Assembly: GCA_964412585.1 (NCBI GenBank)
Contig: CAYPPJ010000003.1
Coordinates: 12,027 to 76,026 of the forward strand
Direction of reading: 5' to 3'
DNA length: 64,000 nt
Origin: an uncultured Candidatus Saccharibacteria bacterium
Lineage (GTDB): Bacteria > Patescibacteriota > Minisyncoccia > Phycocordibacterales > PALSA-1337
Shown: positions 19,020-31,000 of the stretch, in pieces
Layout of the letters: each line of letters begins with the position of its first letter
How positions within the stretch are numbered: the first letter of the stretch is position 1
Program-made: the position numbers and the translations under genes
The notes under the pieces: model-generated
What the model was told of the DNA's origin: nothing
The model's input: only the letters and a program-made list of their open reading frames with translations
Databases searched by the model: none

Positions 19020-22000
19020 ATGAACCTTCGTGGAAGTGCCCAAAAACTATCTGTTCTTTTGATCGTTATGATCATGTTCTGCGGCTTTGTTTCAACCGCA
19101 TTGGCTGATGAAGCTGATGCGCCTGCACCTGCCGCTGACACGAGTGCTCCCGCGGTTACTGCTCCTGCGCCAGAAGCGCCAGTGACGCCTGCTCCAGAGG
19201 CAACTCCAACGCCTGAAGTAGTGCCTCCTACTGAGCCAGTCGTCCAACCTGAACCTCAACCACAACCAGAAACTCCTACGGCTGATAATCAGCCCCCCGT
19301 CACGCCCGTATCGGATACAGTGGCTTCGACGACGGCTCCAGTAGTCGTCGTTTTGACAGGTGATGTTGCAACCTCGACGAATCCCGTCGTGGGGGAATCG
19401 GTTGCGACATCGACCGATTCGCTAGTGGTTGAACCTATGGCAACTTCAACCGAAGTCGTTGCTTCGAGTACTGTTCCTACATCATCCGCCAGTTCAACAA
19501 TAACTGAACATGCGTCAGGTGGTGGTTCAATTTCTACCACTACGACACCAACAGTTGCGACGACGACTGGTACAACGGCAACTTCGACGAACTATTATAA
19601 TTTTACATACAGCACGGTGTGGACCATTACGGAGGGTATTCTGGAAACGTCGACTTCAACGACTGCAACTTCGACTCAGGCAACATCAACTTCTGTTTCT
19701 GCGACAACAACCCCGACAACAGTTTTGGCAAGTTCAACACCGGAGACTGTTGTGGCGACTTCATCGTTGCCAACAATCACCGAGCAGCTTACTGATACGG
19801 GAAAAGTAGTCGTCGTTTCTTCTACGCCGGAGCAGGAACTGATCAGCCCTATGATCAATGTTCCCGTACGTACCGAGATTCCTGAGATTTTCAGAGTAGG
19901 CCAAGAGAGCCAGATCAAGATCACCTGGTCCAACAACGACAATCAGCAGATGGAGTTTGTGACGTATGACGATGATGGAGATGGATTTATCGACCACGTG
20001 TCATGGGTGGTACCGCACCTCTCGACGCAAACATTTGAGATTATTTTGATCTCAAATGCGTTGCGTCTTGATGCGAACAAGAATACCCTCGAAGATATCT
20101 TTGCTGGGGTAGGTACGTTGGACCAAAATTACATAAGCATACTCGACGGTCAGTATGTTCGAGTTACCTTTGAGAGAATGCTCAGTAATACCAACGATAT
20201 TACGCTGTATGCGCGACCAACTGATGCGAACGTTCCCGCAACAATTGAGGTGTATACCAAGGACGGCGTACTTGTGGGAACTTTTGCGACCATCGATCAT
20301 GACGGAAGATATCGCATTGTCCTTTCCGGACTTGCTTCATCGACAGATGTTTTTGATTTGAAAGTTATCGGGAATGTAGATATTGATTACGTCACTGATC
20401 CTCCCGCAAACGCGTACTGGGTCGGTGGCTCGGGAAACTGGTCAGATGCGGCAAACCACTGGGCGACTGTTTCAGGTGGTGCCCCAGGTGCAGGCAATCT
20501 GCCTGATGCAACGACGAACGTATTTTTTGATGCGACATCAGGTGGTGCCGCAGTGACTGCTACGATCGATAGTTCTATCAGCATTGGCTCGCTGACGATA
20601 AACGGATTTACCGGAACCATTGTACAAAGTGCCAACCTGACGATTACCAACTCTGGCGGACAGTCAGGAAATTACCTGCAATCATCAGCCGCGACATTTA
20701 CTGCTACTGACCCAGGTACAAATACATTTTCTGTTACGGGTAGTTTTTTGTTGAACGCGGGAACATTTCGTCGTTACACAGGCATAGGAAATAGCTCGGA
20801 TCCGTTTATCGTGTTTGATGTATACGGACTCCAGGGTATGAAGACAGGACTTTCGAGTTCATACAAATTGAACAATGACATTAATGCATCAGTTACCTCT
20901 GGCTGGAACTCTGGGGCAGGATTTGCTCCAGTCGGTGATAGTACAACAAACTTCACGGGTATTTTTGATGGTAACAACTACACAATCAGTAACCTATTTA
21001 TCAGTACAACGACGCTCAGTTATGTTGGTCTCTTTGGCTATTCAACGAACATTATACAAGATGTAACTCTTACTGGAGTTTCGATTGCTGCAACAAGTAC
21101 ATCAGGAACTGCAGGTTCGACTGGTGCCAATGGTTCTGATGGCTCAGCGACTTCAAACGGTACTGCGGGTGGAGCAGGGACAGCAGGAAGTACATTGTAT
21201 CTGGGAGGAATTGTTGGATACAACACCGGAACTATTACCAACGTTGGCGTGAACGGGACAATTATTGGTACTGGAGGCGCAGGTGGTGCGGGAGGTAACG
21301 GTGGAAATGGCGGAAATATTACCAGTGGTTCGAACGCTGGAGGTGCGGGTGGAAACGCGGTGAGCAACGCGGCGGCAACGGGTGGTATCGCTTATGTCGG
21401 CGGAGTTGTCGGGTATTCTCAACAAGGAAGTATTACGACTGCGACAAGTTCGGCGACAGTAACTGGCGTTGGCGGCGCAGGAGGTGCAAGTGGTAATGCG
21501 GGTAATGGAGGTAATGGATCGGTGGCTGGAGTTGGAACGGGTGCTGGTGGCGCAGGTGGTGCGGCCGCTCTTCCAGGTGCAGGTAACATTGCGTATGTCG
21601 GTGGACTTATCGGATGGATACAAACGGGAACGGTTTCTAGTTCGTTTGCAACAGGAAATGTGACGGCGCGCGGAGGTGCCGGCGGAAATGCAGGAACCTC
21701 TGGTACGGGTGGAAATGCAGGTGTTGGCGGTGGCGGCTCCGCTCTTGGTGGCATTGGTGGTGCAGGAGCTGCCGGTGGCGCTGGTGGTGTTGCATATGCA
21801 GGTGGAATTGCAGGAAACAATTCTGGAACAATTCGAAATGGAAGTTATGCTACGAGCGATGTGTTGGCAAGTGGAGGTATACCAGGAAATGGGTCTGCTG
21901 GTAGTGCCAGTGGTGCATCTGCGGCAGGGTCAGTTATTGCTGCGGCATCAAGTGCAACCGCAACTGGTGGCGCGGGCGGTGCCGGTGCAATCGCATATGC

Positions 22001-25000
22001 TGGGGGATTGGTTGGGCAAAATAACACCCCAGGTTTTATTACCGGTATTGTATCTCCTGTGTATGCAACAGGGGCAGTTACTGCTATTGGTTCAACAGGA
22101 AAAAATGGAACAGCCGGTGGGGCTGGAGGTAGTGCTGGACTTACTACATCAGGAACTGGAGGTGTTGGTGGTGCCGCAGGAAACGGCGGTGCCGGCGGAG
22201 CGGCGTATGCAGGCGGACTTATTGGTATAAGTATGGGATCACTTCTTACTACTAATTCATCAGTTGGACTCGTTACTGTTCTTGGTGGTGCGGGAGGTAT
22301 CGGAGGAACGGGTGGCGCTGGTGGAGCAAAAGGATCTGCGGGAACATCGGGAGCAGGAGGTGCCTCGGGTTCAGGTGGTTCTGCTGCTGTTGTTGCTTCA
22401 TATGCAGGAGGACTCATTGGAAGTAATGTGGGAACTATTCGTAATTCATATTCTACAAATGCAGTGAATGGAACAGCGGGAGCGGGTGGAGCAGGTGGTG
22501 TTGGTGTTGCCGCGCAAACAGGTCTTGCAGGTCTTGGTGGCGGAACTGGAGGTGCAGCAGGAATTCTTTATATCGGTGGAGTCGCTGGTAACAGCACGCT
22601 TTCTATAACTGATAGTTATCACACTACAGGAGCAATCAATGGAACTGCTGGTGCTGGTGGTGCAGCGGGTGCTGGTGGTGCTGGCGGTGCATGGACTGGT
22701 GGAACGCAAGGAGCAGCTGGTACGGCGATCATTGGAGGTGTCGTATACGCCGGAGGTGTGGTCGGCAACAACACAGGTACCTCATTGCTCAATGTGTACT
22801 CGACCGTTGATGTGACCGGAACATCAGGTGCTGGGGGCGCTGGTGCAAACGGTGGAAACGGATATACAAACACAACGGGAGTTGCGGGTGTTGCGGGCAG
22901 TGTCGGACTTACCGGAGGTACTGCATATGTTGGTGGAGTTGTGGGATACATGACGAACGGTGAAATTTCAAATGCGTATTCAACAGGCACTATTACTGCG
23001 CAAGGTGGTGTGGGTGGCGTAGGAGGAAATGGAGGAAATGGCGGAGCAGGGACTTCGAACACGGGTGGTGCGGGTGGAGCCGGCGCAACTGGTGGTGCTG
23101 GTGGCCCAGCCTTTGGTGGAGGTGTTGCGGGAATTATTATTTTGGGAACAGTTTCGGGAAGTTATAATACCGGAAATATTATTGTCGATGCGGGAGATGG
23201 TGGTACGGCGGGAAATGGTGGCAGTGGCGGCGTTGGTGGAACAAACTTTGCGGGAGGTACAGGTACAGTTGCTGGTAACGGCGGTGCGGGCGGTGTTGCA
23301 GCTGCAGGTGGTATTGCAGGGCAGAGTGCGGGTGTGATTCAAGCAACTTCATATTCAACGGGTAATGTGACTGCGCTTGCGGGCGCTGCGCAAGTCGGAG
23401 GAGTTGGTGGAAATGGAGGCGCATCGGTGGGAACATTTGTTGGCGCGGGTGCTGTAGGTGGAGCGGGTGGTGCTGGTGGTGCAGGTGCAACTGCATATGC
23501 CGCAGGTATTGTTGGTAACAATACGAACACCATCCAAAATTCATATGCAAGTGGTGTCATACTTGCTACTGCATCGGCGGGAGCAAATGGTGGCGCTGCG
23601 GGACTTGGAGGAAGTAATGCAACGGGAGGTTCATCAAGCACGGGCGCAGCCGGAGCAAACGGTGGTGCAGGAGGTGCGGGAGCGGTTGCGTATGCTGGAG
23701 GTATCGCAGGTTTGAGCACGGCGATTATTGCGAACACATATATAGAATCAGGATCAGCAACAGTTATCGGCAGTGCTGGTGGTATTGGTGCAACTGGTGG
23801 TGCAGGTGGCACCGCAGGTACGGGTGCACTTGGTGCAATTGGTGGTACGGGTGGCGCGGGTGGTGCAGGAGCGGTCGGGTATGCTGGAGGACTAGTCGCA
23901 TTTAACACAGGAGGTACCATCAACAATTCACATGCATTTATTCTCGCAAGTTCAACATCAGGAACATCAGGTGTTGGTGGCACAGGTGGCGCAGGCGGAT
24001 ACGGAAGTACTGGCGGTACTGGTGGTATCGGCGTAGTTGGTGCTGCTAGTTATGCAGGTGGAGCAGTTGGGTTGAACACGGGCGTTATCAATGGTACCTA
24101 CGCTACGGGAAACGCGATGGCAACGGGAGGTGCGGGCAGCGCAAACGGTGGTGGTGGAAATGGGGGAAACAGTAGTACCTCGGCTGGTGGCGCGGGTGGG
24201 GCAGCAGGTGCCGCGACAACGAACCTTGGCGGTGTTGCCTATGCAGGAGGACTCGTTGGTCTTAACGGAACAAACGGAAGTATTCAAGGTGCGTCGCATG
24301 CAAGTGGTAATGCAACGTCAACAGGTGGTGCGGGAGGAAATGGTCTTACGGGCGGTTCAGGTGGAACGTCCACAGGTGCATTTACGGGAGGCTTAGGAAT
24401 TGCGGGAGGTCCAGGACTTTCTGGTGGCGTTGCTGCAGCTGGAGGATTGGTTGGATTCAATTCAGGAGCAGTTGCATCTGATTCATACGCAGGCGGAAAT
24501 GCATATGCAAACGGAGGTCTCGGGGGTTCGGGAGGAAATGGTGGAAACGGTGGAGCGAGTGGTGGTGGCGTTGTAGGAGTCGCGGGTGTTGGTGGCGGTG
24601 TAGGACTCACTGGTGGTGCGGCATACGCGGGTGGTGTGATAGGTAACGACAGCGTACTTGGTACAACAATCTCAATTCCAAATACCACAGGAACAGTTGC
24701 GTCACTCGGAGGTACTGGTGGTAATGGAGGTAATGGAGGAAACGGTGGTAATGGAGGAAGTGTCTCAGGTGGTAACGGAGGTGCAGGCGGAGCAGCTGGC
24801 GCGGGTGGCAACGGTGGGCTTGCGGCTAGCGGCGGAATCCTCGGGCTAAACGTGGGAGTTATTCATGATGTGACATATACGATTACCTCGATTACCGCAT
24901 CAGGTGGAGTCGCAGGAACTGGTGGTACGGGTGGGAATGCGGGAGCATCAGGAAACGTCGCTGCCGGTGCTGGTGCAAACGGTGGTCAAGGTGGTGCTGG

Positions 25001-28000
25001 AGGTGTTGGTGGTGCAGCATATATCGGCGGACTCGCCGGTGATAACTCGGGCGTCATCGTTGATTCGGTAGTAACAGGAAGTTTGACTGCGGCCGGAAGA
25101 AATGGGGGGGATGGTGGTATCGGTGGAACTGGTGGGAATGGATCACTTGGTACTGGCGGTCATGCGGGCGGTATTGGTGGTGCCGGAGGTAACGGATCAT
25201 CAGGTGGCGCCGTGTATATCGGTGGACTTGTTGGTCAAGGAAACGGAAATATTCAAAAGTCTCGCGCTATCGGAGGTACAATCACTGTTACTTCTGGAGG
25301 AAATGGCGGAACGGGTGGTGCGGGAACTGCCGGTGGCTCGGGAGGATCTGGTAGTGGAAAAAATGGTGTTGGAGGTGGAGGTGGAACGGGAGGTGTTGTT
25401 GGTCCAGTGTATGCGGGTGGAGCTATCGGATACAGTTCACTCGTCTCGGTCCTTATCGATACAGTGTCATCAAGCAACAATGTCACTGTTACTTCTGGTA
25501 ATGGTGGAACTGGTGGTGCTGGTGTCGCTGGAGTAAACGGTGCTGCGGGAAGTGCGGGTGGTGGCGGAGGAGGTGGAGGTGCGGCCGGTGGTCTTGCGGT
25601 ATATGCAGGTGGACTTGAAGGATACAACTCTGGCGCTGCACAAAATATTTCAAATTCTTTTGCAACAGGAAATGTTACGGTATATGGAGGAAATGGTGGT
25701 ACCGGACAAGTAGGTGGAGCGGGTGCTGCAGCAATCAGTGCTGTTGTTGGTGGCGCGGGAGCAGCTGGTGGTATTGGTGGTGCGGGAGGTTTTGCCGTCG
25801 CGGGAGGTCTCGTCGGATTTACGAACACGTTGGTGGCTATCGCATCTTCGAGTGCAACGGGAAATGTGACAGTTGTTGCAGGGAATGGTGGTAACGCGGG
25901 AAATGGTGGCGCTGGCGCACTCGGTGGTGCGGGTCAGGTTGGTGGAGCTGGAGGTGCGGGAGGTGCTGCAGGTCTCGGTGGCGCATCATATGCTGGAGGG
26001 TTGATCGGTCTCGTTACTTCTGGAGATATTGTTAATTCATCTTCAACAGGAATTGTTCAGGGAACTTCTGGAAATGGAGGAAACTCTGGTAATGGCGGTT
26101 CTGGTGGTGCAGGTGGATCGGGGGTGACGGGTACTATCGGTACTGCAGGAACTTTGGGGGCAAACGGTGGTGTTAACTACACAGGAGGATTGGTGGGTGA
26201 TAACACGTCTGCGATTTTGAATTCATATCACGTTGGCGGGGCTGTGTCTGCAACCAGTGGTAATGGTGGTAATGGTGGAGCAGGTGGCGATGGCGGCGCA
26301 TCAGGAAGTATCACCAACGGTACTGCAGTTGCCGGCGGTGCGGGCGCGGCCGGCGGTGTCGGCGGAGCTATTTCAGTCGGAGGACTTGTTGGAAGAAATG
26401 GTGTCACAGCTGTTTCTGCGACGATCACTGGTTCATACGCGACGACGAGTGTCACTGCGGTCGGTGGTAATGGCGGAAATGGAGGCGCGGGAGGACTTGG
26501 CGGTAACGGATCATCAGGAACAAACCACATTGGTGGTGCGGGTGGTGCGGGCGGTGCCGGAGGTGCTGCGGCAACAGGTGTTGGTACTGCAATACAGATC
26601 GGTGGTTTGGTCGGTCAAAATGTCCTCGGAACAATTACTGCAAGTTACGCTCAAACGGGTATTGCGAGCTCAACCGGTGGTAATGGCGGAACGGCAGCTC
26701 TCGGTGGAACAGGTGGTATTGGAACTGGTACTGCAGTATATGGTGCTGGTGGCGCAGGTGCAGCAGGAGGTGCCGGAGGTGCGATCTATGCTGGCGGACT
26801 TGTGGGATATACCACCGGTGTCGTTGAAGCTGGTTCATATTCAAAGACATCACTTGTTCTTACTGGTGGGTCCGGAGCAAATGGATCTGCTGGTATTTCT
26901 GCTTCAGCAAATACTGGTGCGGCAGGAAGTGTGCCGGGTGGTGGTGGTGCGTCGGGAGTTATTTATGCAGGAGGACTTGCGGGGTATTCAACGTCAGATG
27001 TTATTTCTTCTTATGCCAGCTATGACGCTGGTTCGGGAAGAGGCAATATCACGGTAAATGGTGGCACACCTGGTAATGGTGGCAATGCGGGGAATGGTGG
27101 TTCAGGACTTGCGGCTGGAGGTGTTGGTGGTGCCGGAGGTTTGGGAACTGCTGGTACGGGCGGCAACGCATCAGGAGCTTTTGTCGGAGGACTCGTTGGA
27201 TTTAGTTCAGGAATAGTCACTTCTTCATATGCAGACACATTGACCATTTCTGGAATTGAACAGCCAGGTGGAACGGGAGGAAATGGAGGTAGTGGGGGTG
27301 CAGGTGTAGGGGCAAACAACGGAGGTACTGGTTCTGTTGGTGGTGCAGGTGGTGCAGGTGGTGTCCGAGCATACGGTGGACTTGTAGGGGATTTTCTCTC
27401 AACGCTCGGAACTGTTCAAGGGTTTTCATATTCAAGCGTAAATATTTCTGTAACCGGTGGCAATGGTGGTAATGGTGGAATGGGCGGAACAGGTGGAACA
27501 TCTGGAGCCAGCCAGTCATCTGGTACAGCCGCAATAGCTGGTGTGGGTGGTGCAGGTGGTGCTGGAGGTGCTACATATGGTGGTGGATTGATTGGACGTA
27601 TTTCAGGTACGACGCAAGTCATGCGCGTTTCGAATTCAAATGCTACGGGAAATATTTCTGTAACTAGTGGAAATGGGGGAAATGGTGGGCAAGGCGGTGT
27701 TGGAGGAAATGGATCAACAGGAAGTGGTACGCATGCAGGAGCAACAGGAGCTTTGGGAGGTGTTGCAGGTGTTGGAGGTGAAGCTGGTGCTGGAGGACTT
27801 ATAGGTATGAGCAGCCTCACTTCAGGGTCTATCGACTTTATCGCATTGAATGCGACAGGAAACGCGAGTGCGTTAGGTGGTAATGGTGGGATACAAGGAA
27901 CAAGCGGTGCGGGTGGCGCATCAGCAAGTGGTGCAGCAGGAGCGGCAGGTGGTGGTGCAGTATTGACTCCTCCTGCTGGGGGCGCTGCATATGCCGGCGG

Positions 28001-31000
28001 ACTTATTGGTATTCATCGAGTAACTCTTGCTCCATCAGGAAGCGGTGTTATCAATTCGTACGCAACTGGTGTCGTAAGTGCGCAAGGAGGAATCGGTGCT
28101 TTCGGAAACACGGGAGGCAACGGTGGAACTGGGGGAACGATCGGTGGTGCAGGCGGTGCGGGCGGAGCGTCAGGTATTGGCGGTGAAGCTGATGCTGGCG
28201 GACTTGTTGGACTGACCAGCGCCGGTACAGGGGCTATTCACTATTTGAATAACTACTCTACTACAGGGACTACCACCGCAACTGGTGGTGCATCAGGAAA
28301 TGGTGGTAGTGCTGGAAGCTCAATGTCAGGTGGTACGGGTGCAGGTGGTTCAACAGGTGCTAGTGGCGCAAGTGCTGCTGGCGGTGCCGCATTTGCGGGC
28401 GGCTTGATTGCTCAGACGAGTGCGACAGCAAGTAGTAACTTGCAGATTACCACAAACTATTCAACCAAAAACGTAGTTGCTATTGGTGGTGCGAGTGGTA
28501 ATGGAGCGGACGGTGTTATTGGTGGCGCGGGAGGAACATCTGCGATCGGTGGAGTGGGAGGCGCTGGCGGTGTCTCTGGTGCTGGTGGTGCCGCATATGC
28601 GGGCGGACTTATTGGAACAAATGGATCATCAGCAGGTGCTGGTGGTGGTATTATCGAAAATGTCTCATACGCAACGGGAGATGTCACTTCAACAAGTGGT
28701 AATGTTGGGACTGCGGGAAATGCGGGTGCCGGCGGTGCAAGTAATAGTGGTACCGCAACAACGGGTGCAAGTGGTGGAACGGCAGGTACGACTGGTGCAG
28801 GCGGCGCTGCATATGCCGGCGGACTTGTGGCGATCAACGGCGCGACAGGCGTGATTCTCAATTCGTATGCAGGAGGAAATGTGACATCGCTTGCGCGAAA
28901 TGGCGGTATGGGCGGTACCGGTGGTGCGGGTGGAGATGCATCTTTGAGTACGGGAACCGGAGGATCAGGAGTTATTGGTGGTGCAGCAGGTGCAGGTGGT
29001 GATAGTTATGCTGGTGGACTTATTGGGTACAACTTGAGTGCCTTGAACACGATCACGACAAGTTATTCGACGAGTCCGACAGTGACAGGTACGAGTGGAA
29101 ATGGCGGACAGGGTGGTACCGGTGGTAATGGTGGTGCCCCTGGTATTGCCGCTGCTGGCGGAGCTGCGGGAGCAGGTGCTGCGGCAGGCGGGGGAGGTAC
29201 ACTCTATGTTGGTGGACTTATCGGAAGAAATGATGGAACTGTCCAGGCATATTCATACTCAACAGCGAATGTGACTGGTATAGCGGGAACAGGAGGCACA
29301 GGTGGTGTGGGAGGTAATGGGGCAGATGGCGCAGTTGGAACTTCTGGAGCTGGTGGTAACGGTGGCGTAGGTGGTGCGGCAACTGCAGGTGGTGCAGGTG
29401 GTATCGCGTACGGCGGTGCATTTGTAGGAAGAAATGAAACTACGCGCGTTATCAAGGATTCGTATGCTCTTGGCACACTCACTCTTTCTGGTGGCGCTGG
29501 AGGTGTTGGTGGTGTAGGTGGAAACGGTGGCAATGGTGGAAATGGTGCTTCAGCGGGAACGGGAGGAACGGGTGGTAATGCTGGAGCAAGTGGTGCGGGT
29601 ACGGTTGGTGGTGTTAAATATGGCGGAGGATTTGCTGGGTACAACCTCGGTACTATTACCAGCGTATATTCTGTCGGAACAGTTTCGGTAACAGGTGCAG
29701 CTGGTGGAGCAGCTGGTAATGGCGGAAATGCGGGTAACGGCGGTAATGGTGGTGCGTCAGGTGCGGGTGGAACAGGGGGCAACCAAGGTGCAACTTCCAA
29801 TGCGGGTAACGGCGGAGTTTTGCACGCGGGAGGACTTATCGGGTACAACTTTACTGCTGGTGTTATTTCAAACTCATGGACGGCAGGAAGCGTTACCACA
29901 TTTGGTGGTGTTGGTGGTGCGGCAGGAGTGCGTGGAACTTCAGGAACAGGTGGAAATGGGGGGACTCTTGCGGGAGGCAACGGTGGAACCAGTGTTGCGG
30001 GAAGTGCCGGTGGTGCTGGTGGTGCAAGCATTGCTGGCGGACTTATCGGCTCTAATATAAACACAGGATCATTCAATAATAGTTACGCGTCGACAACAGT
30101 CACAATGACTGGAGGAGATGGTGCGATGGGTGGAACAGGTGGTGCTGGAGGAAATGGAGGAGCAGGCGGATCGGGAGGTTCGGGAGACGGTGGAACAGGA
30201 CGAGTGGGTACTATTGGTGGTGCGGGTGGTACCGGTGGTGCGGTGACTGGTGGTGGTCTCGTCGGTGATAACACGGGCGCAATTACGAATGCGTATGCGC
30301 TCGGCAACATCACTGCAACAGCCGGATCGCCGGCCTCTGGCGGTACCGGAGGTAATGGAGGCAACGGTGGAACAGCTGGTGGGGGAAGTGCTGGTACAAA
30401 TGGAAACGGAGCAAACGGTGGTGCTGGCGGTGCAGGCGCGAGTGCGTATGTAGGAGGATTGCTCGGCAGTCATGCGACGTCACTCGTTACCAATGCATAT
30501 TCGGTCGGGACGCCGAGTGCAACAAAAACATCTGGTGTTGCTGGCGGTGCGGGAGGAGTCAAAGGTACTGGCGGTACCGGAGGAAGCAACGGAAGCACTG
30601 GTTCAACTGGTGCTTCATCAGCGCTTCAGTATGCAGGAGGTATTGTGGGTAACCCAGTGAGTGGTACGTGGGCCTCAAGCTATTGGAATACGACAACCTC
30701 AGGAAAAACCGACGGTGCAGGAAACGCTACAACACCAACCAATACATCCGGAAAAACAACGACGCAGATGAAACAGCAGGCAACATTTACCAGCTGGGAT
30801 TTCAGCATCCTCCCAATTTGGAAAATTGCCGAAGCTTCTACATATCCATATTTTGACTACCAGGTAGCGCCAGATGCTCCAACTACAGTTGTTGCCGTTG
30901 GTGGCAATGGTCAGGCAACAATCACATTTACTCCTCCCGCAAATACAGGTGGGGGACAGATTTTATACTACACCGTCACTTCAGATGTCGGTGGCTTTAC

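Noticed and set aside
21038-30473. Many Pro-rich minus-strand ORFs and Val-rich alternative-frame ORFs
   Set aside because: They are shadows of the GGN codon repeats in the giant gene and have no independent signals.
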